The notes beneath the pieces are model-generated. The model searched no databases and had not been told where the DNA came from. It saw only the letters and a list, made by a program, of their open reading frames with translations. The position numbers and the translations under genes were made by a program. Below, one piece after another: positions 13,714 through 27,599 of a DNA stretch of 64,000 bases. Each line of letters begins with the position of its first letter. Position 1 is the first letter of the stretch. Source of the DNA: Vicugna vicugna (taxonomy: Eukaryota); NCBI GenBank assembly GCA_013265495.1, contig MU058781.1, forward strand, positions 5,936,118 through 6,000,117, given 5' to 3'.

Positions 13714-13838
13714 TTTTTTTTTTTAATTGAGGTATCACTGACATATAACATTACATTAGTTTCAGGTGTACAACATCATGGTTCAATATTTGTATACACG
13801 ACGAAATGATCACCACAATAAGTCTAGTTACCATCTCT
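13714..13838 (-). mobile_element. Short L1 3' end (L1MA9-like) with 12-bp TSD
   Basis: Poly-T then aattgaggtatcactgacatataacattacattagtttcaggtgtacaacat...; TSD aatgaagttctt (13702) / aatgatgttctt (13839). Confidence 0.88.
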
Positions 13839-16800
13839 AATGATGTTCTTAATGACAAAATAAATTACCGTCTTTGAGAAGTAACAATGGAGTAAGAAAT
13901 GGAGGGGAAAGAATTAATAGTGTTGCAAGGACTAATCTTATTAGCACTAGAAGTTTCAGTTTTGACTGGGATCAGAGAATGGAATGCCAAAGCTTTAAGC
14001 ACAGGAAATGGACTCAGATGCAAGGAGAAGTTGGTCAGGAAACTCAAACCATAGAATTCAGAATCACACACTAGAACTGCTGAGCAAGATAAAATCCCAG
14101 AAGAGAAAGAGAAAGAGAAGCAATGATCTAGGAGTAAGACAGCAAAGACAGTCCAGGTAAGAATGGAGCAGGGTGGATCTGTTTTCTATTTTTAAGAGCT
14201 GTGTTATTTTTCAAAAGCTGTTTCAAATAGAAAAATAATAAACCCAAGTAGCAAATTAGTATAAATACAGAAAGGAAATAAAACACAAGGCATCCAGTTA
14301 AGAACCTTGGAGGCAAAACAGGATTAAAACCTTTTTTGAAAGATCTTTTTTCCTGCAGAAGCTTTCTTTCGATCAATGCCCCTAAAATGTTAAGACATTC
14401 TGTATTTAGGTCTTTGATGTACCTGGAAAACCTCAGGATCTACTGACCCATAGGTCAGAGAGAGCCAAAATCTTTCAGGAGTAATAGTTATTGCTAAAGA
14501 TCACATTTGCAAATGAGTCCAGGATCAATGCCAGAATGATCTGGAAACTGAATAAACAAAACAACAAGCACCTAATTTCTCCCTGCAAAGTGTAGAAATG
14601 GAGACTAAAGACAGAATGTCCTTTGCAGGGGGCTCTTAATTCTTAAGTTCAGCGTCTTAAACCACTAGCACAGGCTCCTAGCTTTTGGTAGGGCTGGTTG
14701 ATGTGACAAGGCCCTTAGGACACATACAATAGAGTTGTGGGCAATTAACAAAATTTCAATAATTGGAAGCAATCCAGGGAGCCACCATGTGGAGGAAAAA
14801 AAAAAGGTTCCAGATAGTCCAAAATAAAGTTGACTTCTATGATACATATCTCACGTTCCTCCTTCTCTACTATGCAAATCGGTGAAGTATATGCATGGAT
14901 ATGTGTGCTGGCAAGAGACCAGAATTTAAGAAAAAAAAAAAACAAACCAGAATTTAAAAAAAGCACATCTATGGCTGAATTACTGATAGTTGCAAGTGGA
15001 TTCCTAATACCAATGTAGTATATTATTACCAGTGGCCAGAGGCCATGGCTTAGAAATCATTTTTATTTCATTTAGAAATGTTTCCTTTTGCTATAACAAT
15101 AGCCACTGTGCCGGGATGGGATCTGACCTGTGTCTTTGTCCATAAAACAATCTTATAAAATATGTAAACATGAATTCAATTTTCTTTAAGTCAAGAAAAG
15201 CAAAAATATGGTTGTCGGAACAAGCACTGCTTTCTGTGGGGCAGTCTAGTTAAATGAAAGCTATTCAACTTGAATCAATTGCTGTATCCATTCTCCAATA
15301 CACAGCAGATTTATATTTCAGAAGGTTTTGACACAGAACAAAATGTTACTGAAATATCTCTTCCATTCCTTTTGTCCTACATAACATTCCAGGGGCTGAA
15401 CTCCCAACGAGGGGCATATGTTTGTCAGTTTCTGTTTGCTCTGGTTCTATTCTGGTTTGTCTTTGTTGCAAATTTTCCGTTTTGACCCTTTCCTGGCAAA
15501 ACATTAATACAGACCTTTCAGTTGTGTTGCAACTTGTGATAAAAAAAAAAAACTTACATTTTTATTCTGCACCATCTCTAAGCACCTATAACTTTTAAAA
15601 ATAAGCCCTGCTCTTTACATCAATGGTAGAACTTTTAAAAATACATCTGCTTATGTAAACACTAGAAATCCAGGGAGAAAATGATTCCAATCCGACAATC
15701 CACACATTCCTACACAAAACCAATCACTTGAGGATTTAAAAGCTAGATCTGTGGCGAGAGACAGGTTAGAACTAGCAGGAACAAGTCTGTGCAAGATGAA
15801 TTTATCCTCCACTGCCTCTGCTCCAGGTCATCCCAGGACTACGCTCATGGGCAAATGCCAACATGGAAAGAATAGGTTGATGCCTGTTTCCTAGCATATC
15901 TGGGTGAAAACTCAAGAGCTGGAGAGGGAGTTGCTGCTCTGAAAGTGACAAACGGTGTGTGGCTACAAGCTGATCGGCAGAACTTTCAGCATGGTCCTGG
16001 CCACTGAATGACTAAGCCCGAGGCAGCTCAAACTCGGTTGGAAACGGATTTCAGACAATGGGGAGCTAAAGCACTGGATCTTGGGGCTGATGTCCAAGAG
16101 GTCTCTGAAGCTGGGTGTCATCCTTAGGGTGGCCCAGAATAAAATGGTGACGCATTACACCTCCGGGCGAGTTCATATATACTTTGAAGGGCACAGACAC
16201 CAAGTCCCGTGGACTTCCAACGAAGATCGTGGGGCAAGAAGAGGTGTCCACCAGCACTCTGTGTGACCTGTTAGAGAGAAACATTCTTAGCTATTCCATC
16301 ACCAAGCAAAACTCCCCCGCCAGGCTCTAGGGCCTTGACTCCTAGGAAAAAGCTGTCAAGAGATGGAGGGGAGGACACCTGAAAGAGAGACGGCCATTGT
16401 CTCACTAGCAGATCACCAATGAGGATTCCACCATGCAAAGTCTAGCTTCTGTATAAGTCTCAAAGTAAATCAGACTCCACTTTTTTCTGAAGCCAACAGC
16501 ATGATCATCAGCCACCAAACTGACTTCTGCAAAGAAGGAAAAGGCTTCATAACACTTATTTTATACACGCTCTGGCATCAAGAGATGGATGGTGATTTTC
16601 ACTAAAAGATTAACAGCTAGATGTCATAGGACAGTAGCTACTCGCCATGAAAGTGACTCAGTGTCCTGCACTGGGCACTGGTTCTCTCCAGATCAAGAGG
16701 CATAAATCTGACTCCCAGGTGGTCGCATGAGCTTCCTTTGCCCTCTTCTGTCTTCCGCAGAAAGACAGGTGGGACCTCCCAATATGGAAATGATCTGACT

Positions 16801-19629
16801 GTAACGCCTTCCCATCCACATAGGAAAGAGCTTCCCAGAGAAGATGGCATCAGATTTCAAGATTCCAGAGACAAGATCAATTCGATTTCCTGATGTTTTT
16901 GACCTCGCTGACATTAAAGGAAACACAGCTTGAGAAGCTCAACTTTGAGGTGCAGCGGCTACAAAAGAAAAAAATATTCTCCACCTATCTATCATCAAGT
17001 TCAAGCTTAGGCACTACAAAAACACCTAAGGGGAAATTTACGATGAAATGGGTCAAGGGGTACCTGGGGACTGTGTACATTCAAAGGGCTGTACTGTGGC
17101 CTTTCTCCATCTTTCCAGCTCCACCTCAAAACTGCTCTCTGGAGCCACATCAATGAAGCAAAGTTCTGTCTTTTCAGTCTACAAATTCAGAGACACAACC
17201 ACATGAGGCCTAGGGTATCCTGGCTCCACAAGATGATGGAGAAGCGTGTCGAAACTTCATGCAAGTAGGAAGGTTGCCGTGACAGCACCAGCCCCAGAAC
17301 CTAGCAAATCAGTCAACCTCTCAGGTTTTGTTTCCTCCTCTAGAAAATGCAGAGGATCCTCTTGGCTTAAGGATTCATTATGATTTCCCAGGGCAACAGT
17401 TCATCCGAGGCACCCTGACTCCCGTGCTGTGCTATTATCAGCTGAGGCAGACCCACGACACACCAGCCACTGCACATGGTCTAGATGACTGTGGTTCTCA
17501 AGGCTGTATTTACTAAATCAGAGGCTCAGACTGCAAAATACCGCCAAGAGAAAAGGGTAGTTTTGACTAGCCCTACAAGAGAAACAGGAAAACATAGGAC
17601 TTTCATCCCAGCGAAGTCTTTGAAGACCCTGCACATTTCAAATGGAAAAGTTAAAAAAAATTTTTTTTTTTTTTAAGGAAATCGTTTTCCGGAGACTTCA
17701 GGGCAAAGAGTAGAAAGTGCACCATTTCGAGAAAGAAACTCTGAGATTAGTCCGGTCACTGACTGTTCTCTGCACAGCAGAAGAGCAAACAGCTAGTGTT
17801 TGTTCATTTCCATAGATTAATAACCCTCTCTGCAGGACTCAAAGATGATATGAACTGTGACTTCCAGAGTTTTGTTTGGAGGAGGCTCATATACTCTTGG
17901 GTAAGACCCATGTTTCAAGGACACACTTGAAAATATTTTTCTGCATTTCACATTGCTTCTTACCTTGGCCTCTTCTAATCTAGGATGACTGAAATGGATC
18001 TAAAACTTGCTGGGAGGGGAAAAAAATGTAGTCTCTCCTTTTGAATCTGTTTACACAGATTGTTAAAATAGTACTGTTCATGTGGATGACACTAAGATGG
18101 GAAAAATACATACCTAACCTTTTCTTTCTGAAGAGCAGAGAAAGGTACAAAGGTTTACAGAGGCTTCAATAGAACAGGACGGCCAAAATGAAACACCAAG
18201 ATTTGGGCTTACGTGCTATCACCGTGTTTCCTTCGAACTCAATAGAAAGCAAGATTTCACGGAAGGAGATTTATAAATAAATAACCAGATCATCTTTTCT
18301 CCTGTCAACAAATAAAAAATAACTTGTCTTATGGGCCTATGATCACCTATACAAGGAAAAAAAAAAAAACCTGCTAATCTTATGCAAAGTGTCAGATCAG
18401 GCACCAGAGGCAGCAGCCAAAGGGAAACATTCTCTTCCCGGCTCCTTATATAAAGATTGTCTCCCCCAAAAGCCACAACTTGGGGTCACACTTCCCAATG
18501 GTCTGGGTTACGGGGAAAGAGGCAGCTCCAGAGGTGAACTGGAAATGGAGTCTTGAAAACGCAAAGAGTGGTCAAAACCAAATTTATCCAGAGTCCTTTC
18601 TGCCCTCACCTGGAATTTGCCAGAAGAGAGCAGGGTGGAAAGGGCTTTGGGGCAGCCCTGAAGGGGACGCTGTTGTGGACAAAGGCCTCAGTTTCCAATG
18701 TCAGACCCCCTTCTCCAAACCTGTCAGAACCTCTATCAGAAGCACACAGCTCTCACACCGATGATCACAAATGGACACCCTCTCCTTGGAAAAGGTATCC
18801 TCACTGACCACCAACAGGGCAACTTCGAGACGAAGTCATCTGCAAGGGAGGGGAGGTGCCAACTCAGAGGGGCACAGATGCCCTGGTCCCCCCTCTTTGT
18901 TCTCATTCTTTCTTCACCAGTGGGTTACACAGAGGAGGGGTTCAGGGCGCCCCCGTCCATAGGGTACTTTACCTCAACTTGACCACTCTTGCTTAAGATT
19001 CCAGAACTATTCCCTTCCAGACAGAATGATCTTGGGAAAACCATCCCACCAGGAACTTCCACCTGAGCTGGAGGGCGGGGCCGCAGGAGCGCACGGAGAC
19101 TGATGGAGGCAGAGGTGTTGAGGAGGTGAATCTCAAATTCACTCTCTCATCCCACCTGACAGCAGCGTTTCAAAGAAGCCTCTCACGGAATCAAAATCCA
19201 ACAGGAGTTTTTTTCATTACAAAGACAGACAGTTTGGGATTCAAAACCAAAGCATTTTTTTCCCTGCACTGAATTTCAATAATAATAGTGTTTGGTGTGG
19301 TCCTAAGTGCAGTACTATAAAATTTAAATATCACCAAAGCCAGCATTCTATTCCGTAGAGCTTTTGTGCGGGAAAATTCACCACTGGGCCTTTCTTCCTC
19401 CTTTCTTTCTCCTGAGCACAGCCTTCTTACACACTGTTGTCACCTTTATCACCCATTGCTAGATGCCCAAAACTACTCAAACCAACAGATGCCACAGCTT
19501 TTCCCACCATGGTGGTCCACTAGGCCCCAGGCTGGCTCCAGACCACAATCCTGTAAGTCATGGTTTGTATGAATAGACGGAATCACATCCAACTTGTATC
19601 ATAAAAAATCCACATTGTAAGGGAAATGC

Positions 19630-20185
19630 TTGTGTTTACTGCAGCCTACTGGATGCCAAATGCCAAGAATGGGGAGCGGGGGGAGAGGTCCCCACTGTTC
19701 CTGAGCTGGGAAAGGGGAACACAAAGTATTACAGAAGGAGAACAGCAGGATGTTTTGGGAGCCCCAACAGGCAGCACGTAACTGGTCCTAGGGCACCCCA
19801 AGGAAAGGACTCTGAGCTAAGATGCTAAGAATAGGGCAAAGTTAACTGGACAGATAGAAGCAGGTAGTTGGATGTCAAGGACAGGGAACAGCATGACTAA
19901 AAGCTGGAACATAAGAAAGAACAAGGAGGAAATGCTAAGTGACTGAAGTGAATAAGGGGCAAAAGATGAGTGACAGGGCCGGAGAGATAATAAGCAAGGC
20001 CTCCCAAACCTGCTGGGCCAGGTTAAGGAGTCTGGACTTCAGGAAAAATCAGGGAGCGGTGAAGGAAAACATAGATGCAAACATATGTCTAAGAGGAAGA
20101 GATGTTCACTTTGGCTTCAGAGAGGAACATGGGCTGGGCCAGAGCAAGAGCACATCTAGAAAGATCATTTAGGAGCTACAGGTCA
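19630..20185 (-). mobile_element. L2 fragment, decayed
   Basis: ctgagctaagatgctaagga...acagggaacagcatgactaaaagctgga...ggccaggttaaggagtctggactt is typical antisense L2. Confidence 0.65.
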
Positions 20186-21039
20186 TCCCAAACCACCCCA
20201 GCCCAGCTGAGCCACTCACTCCAGTTCACACCTTGAGATCATCAGACTCCCCCAAAGCTCCACACCCAGGACACTGCTCCTGCCCTCCTGCCCGAAGAGC
20301 TCTCCCCAGGGAAGAGCTACAACAGCCAGGGAAGCTGGGCAGCAGTGGGCCTTTCTAGCCCAACCTGCATGAAAATCAAACCCACAAAGCCCCCTGGACT
20401 GGACGAAGTGAGCGGAAGGCATGAAGAACCCAGCCCAGGACCCTGGGAGAAGGGCTGGACTTTTCCAGGCCTCAGATTCCTGACTGATCTCTCCAGGCCC
20501 ACTCAAGGGAGGATGCCAGGCCTCCAGCATGGTTCCCAGAGCTGGGCTCCCCGAGCAAAACAGGGGTCAGTAACAGAGGGCGGAGAACCCCAGAGGTGGG
20601 CGAAGGAGATGCGACACCTAGGAAACCGGCCCAGAGTGAATCAAGGTCAAGGAGTGAGCAGCAGGTAGGAAAGGAAGTAGAAAAAGTGGCCCCTGGCAAT
20701 AGAAAAGTGCTAGGGTTTCAACAGGGAATGGATACCACGGCGGGGGGCAGGCCAGCAGAACGAGCCCGGCCCAGCCGAGCCGCTGGCTGGCCTGGTGCAG
20801 ACCCCGAGCTGCAGTGATCTCATTTCTTCCTTCCAGGTTGGCCCTGGATCCAATCACAGAAGAAAAGAGGGATCTCACACAAAAACTTGAACTTTTCATG
20901 CAACAGAAAGTCATAGAATCCAAATGAAAGCAAATCGGACTGGGGAAACAGCTGCAGCACATACAACCCGAGAAAGGATCACTACCTAGAACACACAGAG
21001 CTCACGGCCACAGACTGAAGAATGTCAAGACTCCCCATT

Positions 21040-21560
21040 TGCTGACTGTGTAAAGGAAAGTTAGTAAATAAACACATACGGAAATGTTCTATGTTAGAGA
21101 GAGATCAAAGGCATGCAAACTTTAAAACCAAGGAGTCTATTAAATTAGCCAAAACAGAGTGAGTCCCACAATTAATCCAGTTGAAGCAAGACACTGTCAT
21201 AGATCAGTAACAATGTAAATGTTGTCTTTGAGAAAGCAGTTCAGAGCAAGGCCCTGCTGTCGGAGGTATGAGCCTTCTGATGTGATTGTATCTTACGAAA
21301 ATACTTCAGCGTACAAAGGTATTCACGGCAGAAACAATGCAAATGTCCACAAATACTACAAAACTTAAATTAAGATAACACAACTTGGTGGAATATTATA
21401 TAATCCTTGCAAATGATAACCGTACAGTCTAGGTTACAAATGAGAATGTTTATACTAAATGGAAAAAGCACAAGTGAAAAAAGACATAAAATTGTCAAGA
21501 ACTAGGAGACGACACCTAACAGTGAATGTGATTTATGGACTGGGATGGTGGAATCAAAGG
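21040..21560 (+). mobile_element. Old L1 (L1ME-like) 3' fragment
   Basis: aaatgttctatgttagagagagatcaaaggcatgcaaactttaaaac...aaatgtccac...gtggaatattat, decayed ORF2-end/3'UTR motifs. Confidence 0.55.
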
Positions 21561-21916
21561 GAACTTTTGCTGTCATTGGTCTTCTCTCATTGTTGGCAAG
21601 TGTAGGCAACAGATGTAATATTTCTATCCAGCAGGCAGAAGCGAACACCCTCTTCTGTGCGGCAGATCGAACTCTTCAGGAGAACATCACACCCAGATCA
21701 GCGGAGACTGCCCAGGCCATCCCACATTTCAATTTGGGATTCAGATCTGCCCAGGAGGGGTTCTAAAGGGCTCCTCCTACCTTAAATACCCCCCAAAACT
21801 CAGCTCTTTCCTTTGCTCTTGTTTTTTTCCCAGCCCTTAAATCCTATACTTTCCCCTTTCTTTTTTGATTGTATATTGATATTCTACCACATGCAATATA
21901 TAGTGAATGCTCATTT

Positions 21917-22047
21917 TGTGGGGTTTTTTTGGGGGGGGGTAATTAGGTTTATTTATTTATTTATTGGTTTAATGGAGGTACTGGAGATTGAACCCAGGAT
22001 CTGGTACATGCTAAGCACACATTCTACCACTGAGCTATACTCTCCCC
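21917..22047 (-). mobile_element. Vic-1-type SINE with perfect 14-bp TSD, inserted into a MIR
   Basis: Reverse complement GGGGAGAGTATAGCTCAGTGGTAGAATGTGTGCTTAGCATGTACC...GGTTCAATCTCCAGTACCTCC; TSD gtgaatgctcattt at 21903-21916 and 22048-22061. Confidence 0.92.
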
Positions 22048-22205
22048 GTGAATGCTCATTTGATCCTTCCAATAGTCCTATGAGATAGATGCTGTCACCA
22101 TCCCCATTTTACAGATGAGAAAACTGAGAACCACAGATTTAAATGTGGCCTAGGGCATACAACTCAGGAGCCAGAGCCAGAATTTAAATCCCAGTTTTCC
22201 TGTGT
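22048..22205 (-). mobile_element. MIR SINE (host of the Vic-1 insertion)
   Basis: ctcatttgatccttccaatagtcctatgagatag...ccccattttacagatgagaaaactgag. Confidence 0.85.
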
Positions 22206-23750
22206 TCAAAGCCCTCACTTTTAACTCCCCTAACATGCTACCTCTTCCCATCCACTTTGTCTATCAAACAAACAAAACAACAAAACAAAGCACTCTTAGA
22301 TGTCACCTCTTCCATTTGTACTAGCTGCCGAAAAGCACTATTCAATGAATCATGAGACATCAGTATGAACTGCTTACAAATGAACCCGTAAGACAAGGTA
22401 ATGCTATGCATGTCACTTGGGAAAGTTGATGCAGAAAAAAACAAAAAAAAGGAATTACCCCTCAAGACTCAAATCTGCACGTGCAGGTAAAACCAAATGG
22501 CATCCAAAGGACTGCTACTCGCAAATTAAAAGCAGAATGTGACCCTTGATACTACTGCAGAGAAGAACAGCTTCTGCACTGTCCTTGCAAAACACTCAGT
22601 CCATAATTAGCAGAAAGATTCCTTCCAGTTACAACGCAGTCAGTCCAGAAATGGATGTTGTTTGGGGCATGGTAGCAAGAAAAGGAAGACGGAGCAGAGG
22701 AAGTAGTCAGGCGTGAAACCAATAGAGATGGGGTGATAAATGATTTTAGGCACCACGAATGAATTACTTTATAAATAATGACACAATAATAGCTAAAAAT
22801 GTAAATTCTAATCAAAGACAAAACTGAACTAAGTCAAACAACAGCATATGATGTTTGACAGAGCAAAGGTCCCCGGGGGGAGGGAGGGGGGAGCCGAGAG
22901 GAAGATATTACAATAAAATCTATTTGTGGAACTGTGCCGTGTAAGGGGCCCGAGTGATCATTTCTTTCACCCACCTTCTTTATTGTAAATGGGGAAACTG
23001 AGGCCCAGCAAGGCAGAGTGGGAGGCCCAAGTCCCTGTGCAGCAGGGCTGTTAAAAGAAATTCGGTCTCTCAAGTATCAGAACAAAAGCTTTCCACCACC
23101 CACATTCCTGCTTCAGTGTCCCCAGAAAGCTACTCCATTCAACATCTTATTTTGAAAAAAAACCATTTAATGTTGTAGAAATATTAAATTTCTTTTTCAT
23201 AATTTTCGAAGGCATAGGGGCACACTGAAGAAAAAAAAAAGCAGCCCGGTTTTGATTTTTTTCGGAAAATCGCACACTGCTCAGCGTTTAACCTCGTATT
23301 GAGTGAAATATTAACAGGCCATATAATGGTTTCAGTGTTCCTTCAGGAAAGCTAAACAGAATTCGAAAAATATATCCCCCAGGCCTACAGTGGAGTTTCT
23401 GGAGCACACATTAAACTCAACGCTCCGCTCAACAAGCCCATCGCTGTTAAGTAACTCATCAGAAAATAGGAGGGAATCACCAAAGGGGAATTGCCAAGCA
23501 ATTAGTTCTCTGAAGCAGATGACATACAACTGTTGTAAGGGAGGAGCTTCCCGGTTAGTCATATGTCAGAGTCAGAGCCTCCTAATCTGTAAATAAAAAT
23601 GCATCACATATGATTACAGCTGGGATGGAGGCTAGGGCTGCCAGGCTAGTGCAGGCGTAGTAAATCCCCAGTCCTCCTGCTCTGTGTCTATCAAGCAAGA
23701 CTTGCTGCTGAAGGTATTTTTTTTTTAAAAACATCCTTCGTGATTTTAGC

Positions 23751-23843
23751 TTTTTTTTTTTAATTGAAGTATAATTGACTTACAACACTCAGCTCGATCC
23801 ACCTGTACATCAGAGTGATTCGATATTTCCAGACGTTACAAAA
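23751..23843 (-). mobile_element. Very short L1 3' end
   Basis: Poly-T + aattgaagtataattgacttacaacac...tgtacatcagagtgattcgatattt. Confidence 0.75.
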
Positions 23844-24544
23844 CCTAAGGTAATTTTCCTTCAACCTAAGAAAGACAGACTCTCAGTTTTCCCTAGGCAG
23901 GTGAAGGGAAAATGATCTTTCATCTCTATCCTTTTGACACGAGTCAGTTAAGATGCATCCACTGGTCCAGTGAAGGCGAGAGAATGAGACTGGGAGGGGT
24001 AGGGACGGGAAGGGAATACGTGCTCTGAGCCTCCAGATGGTCGCCCTGCCTGACGCGAGACCTCCTTCCAACGCACGTTCTGTCCTTAAGAGTTGGATTC
24101 AGCGCCACCCCACCACCCAGCAAACTGCACAGATAAATAGTTCCTATCGGCCAAATCTTGAAAGCTGAGCGCTGACCCAGTGAAGCCCTTTGAAGAGTCA
24201 AAAGTTCATCACCTCGTTGGGACTCTTGACGCCAAACATTTGGAGCCAAACTTAAGCCAATCCCCTGAAACACAGATAAGCATATGCCCCTGTCATCATT
24301 TTCTTCAATTAATAATTATTGAGAGTGCATAGGAATCTCAGGGAGGTCTGAGGCAGAGTGAAAGGGAGAAAACTCCACAAAGACAGCCAGCATCGGAAAG
24401 GCAGGCTCGTCGCCAGCGAACCTTCCCTGGTCCTGACCTCTGAGAAGTGCTGTAGCTCTGTGTGGGTCTTTAAAGGCTACTCCTGGGCATGCCTTGCCTT
24501 CTGGACTGTAAGCTTCTTAGAGGCAGGGATGAGGGCTTGAGAGA

Positions 24545-24725
24545 CGGTGCATGGCAGCTAAGAGCACAGGCTGGCGTTCCAACAGGATTCTACCACTTAA
24601 CATCCTTGGACAAGTTACTTATCTGCCCTGTGCCTCAGTTTCCTCATCTGTGAAATGGGGGTAATAGCAGTGCCTACACGCAAAGGACTGCACTGAGGAT
24701 TAACAGAGTTAATACACAGAAAGTG
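24545..24725 (+). mobile_element. MIR SINE
   Basis: ccttggacaagttacttatctgccctgtgcctcagtttcctcatctgtgaaatgggggtaatagcagtgcctac. Confidence 0.9.
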
Positions 24726-25989
24726 TGAACTGTGAATCAGCTCCTTATTTCCTTTAGGGCCAAGTTGGCCTAATGCTTCTCACACAGTAGATGTGCATTA
24801 AACGTCTGCAAGCAGTAGGACCTGTCCCCTGGAGTTGCGGGCAGGCAGTTTTCTCCCTCCTCATCACACCTGTCCTAACCTTCTTGTCTTTTCTGAAAGG
24901 TAGTGAGTCGCAGCCTCATTCTGGACCATTTAGGGAAATACAGACGGCCCATTGGAATAACTCAGGTTAAAAGGAAAAACAAACAAAAAAAACCTTAAAT
25001 AATCCTCAGATTTTCTCTAATTATATTAAGACAGACTCCCCAATAACATATAACCAAATAATTTTCAGCCTTCCCCTTCACTTTGAGCCATGTAGTCATA
25101 GGATCTTTCTCTCCAGAGCCAAGGCTCACCAATTCTATGTTTTCTATAAAGTATAAATAAGAAGCCAAATTGTCCAGAAAGCTGTCGCTGGTAGCTGGAT
25201 ACACATGTACACGTACACACACGTACACACACACACATATCACATATAAGAGTCTACAATAAAGTTATGAAACACACCCATATTAATGTGATTTATCAAA
25301 GCACAGTAAATGAATTGCCACAAATGAACAATTGCTTGAGAGTCAAGTAGGTGGCACAATGTGATTTACGCCTATCGCAGGAGATGAATAAATCCACGGT
25401 GGAAAAGATCAAAGGCAATGCTGGAATTGTTAATATGTACAGAGCTTCGCTGAAAATCTTCTTAATAAAACTGTTTAGAGGAAAATAGAGGGATCATTTG
25501 TTTAAATGAAAAGAGGTACGGCATGCACTGAATTTCAAAAGCAGCATTCATTTTCATACGCATGCATTAGATTTAGCTAAAATTAGCTCAAGTTTCTATT
25601 TTTTTTAAGGTCTTGGAGAATAAAGGTTTCAACAAGATTTCATTGAGCTCAAGTTCAGCCCTGAGTTTCCAAGGTGCCTGAGCGTCTAGGAAGGACCCCC
25701 CCTTTCCCAACCCAATTATCTACTCATACATCATCCCAGGTCTTAAAACAGGAAACACAGAAAGCCTGCGCCACAAAAATGTTCCACCTCTGCTGCCTCC
25801 ACTGCCTCTTACCTTCTCTCTACACGTTCCACCCCAGCTGTCATCGTGAAATATACTCATCCCTTCCTGCCTGTCAAACTTTCTGCCAGGCACAAGAACC
25901 CAAAGCCCAGTCTCCAAGATCAATTCTACGTCAACGGCTCCTCCGAATCTATCTCCAGACCAGACCTCTCAGCAATCTCACTCTCACAC

Positions 25990-26410
25990 TCTCTACCGTC
26001 TGCCGAACTCCAGCAACTCAGACGTCCCCCAGAACCTGGGCTTCAACCAGAACAGCCTCATCAGTTACACAGTACGCACTTGCTCGTTATGTCCCAGCCA
26101 CTGAAATGGGCATCCTCCCGCCCTACGCCTCCCTTCCCCCAGAAACACTAACCAGCCTTCAGAGTTCAACTCAAATGGCCCCTCCTTCTCAGTCCTCCCT
26201 CATCATCCTACTCAGCATCATTCTTCTGGATTCCTTCTGCGTTAGAACCTTCCCCAGTAAGCACGACCCACCCCATTCTGCTTTGCATTAGTTACTTCAG
26301 AGCATTTCTTCTTCCCCCTACTTGACCACGAAGACTAGAACCTCCTTCTGGCAGCTCTTACTCCCTCTGTGTGGTAGTATAAGAGACACACAGTGAATAA
26401 ATGAACGGAT
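25990..26410 (+). mobile_element. L2 3' fragment, decayed
   Basis: ccagccttcagagttcaactcaaatggcccctccttct... ending gtgaataaatgaacgga. Confidence 0.55.
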
Positions 26411-27599
26411 CGTTTCTTTACATAGATAGTGCCTGTGAACACGGTAGGCCGTAACTTGCTAGACCTACACTGTGTTTATAAAATAACTAGAACCAGAAAG
26501 AACTGTCATCTAGGTTTTATTTTTTTAAAGAAACCTTAATGACTACAACAGAGTACAACATGAATGGTACCGTTTCCCTGCCCACATTTAGCCATCAATC
26601 GTGAGGGCTGTAAAAAGGCCATTATTTATGCAAAATGTTTAGATAATGCTTATGAGCCTCCTATAAATGCAATCATAGAAAATGTCAGCTGCTTAAAACT
26701 CAAGGTGACTCTGCACTACTTTGTCAGTAATACAAGTATTCATAAGACATTTAGACTTGCTTAATATGCTATAAAACCTGGATCTCTTCTCAGTAAGCTA
26801 CACATATTGAACAAGAGACAGGACTTTCTGCTGCCTGTGTTTTACACAATAAAATTCTTGAGATATTCCTGTTTTAACATATGACCCTCTTTAAACCCCG
26901 TAGGTTAAAGAAAAAATTGCATGTGTACTAACCACATGTGCAATTAAACTACTTCCCCCAAAACTTAAATGTGACGATTCTCTGCCTAAAATGAGTAAGT
27001 ACCCCTAAGAGAAATTAGTAGTGAGACATTGCACCCCTTTTGATTGAGCTGACACATGTAGACCTTAACAAGGCTTACCTCTGCTCATAGCTCTGGAGTT
27101 ATTCTATTTCCTTTTAAAGAACGCCTCCCTAACCCACGGCCCATAAAATGTAAGGTACCCAGTTCTATATTTCACAAGGATATAATGTGGGTGGCAAATT
27201 CCTCCCTCTGCTGCCTCGCCGCCCCCCACAAAAAAAAAAACTTGACTGACCACCCTTTCTGAGGCATAGTGTTTCAGTCATTCAGGGGTGTGTGTGTGTG
27301 TGTTTACTCAGAACACAAGTAACTTCATTTATGCTTGCAACTCGTCAGTTCATCCTACAACGATATTAAAACAACGTATATGCATCCTGTGTCGGTAAGA
27401 GAGGTAGAATAACACAAAATTCAGAAAAATAAATAAAAAGCTCATTGGCTCTGCAGAGCTGCAAATGTCTACAGTGTTGGTCCAAAGACCAAGGTACAGG
27501 GATATTTACTTATTCTTAGTCACATATGGTTAAGGAGCAACCATCACCAAACAAGAACATTACCGTCACCCTGTCGAGATCGGTTACAAGATCACAGCA

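Noticed and set aside
16450..16700. Possible CR1/L3 reverse transcriptase relic
   Set aside because: Only faint resemblance to CR1 RT motifs by eye; needs a Dfam HMM search.
18400..18418. CTCF-like motif GGCACCAGAGGCAGCAG
   Set aside because: Departs from the core consensus spacing; cannot be supported without PWM scoring or ChIP data.
25674..26291. 205-aa ORF
   Set aside because: Non-ATG start, antisense in an intron, overlaps decayed L2, no domain.
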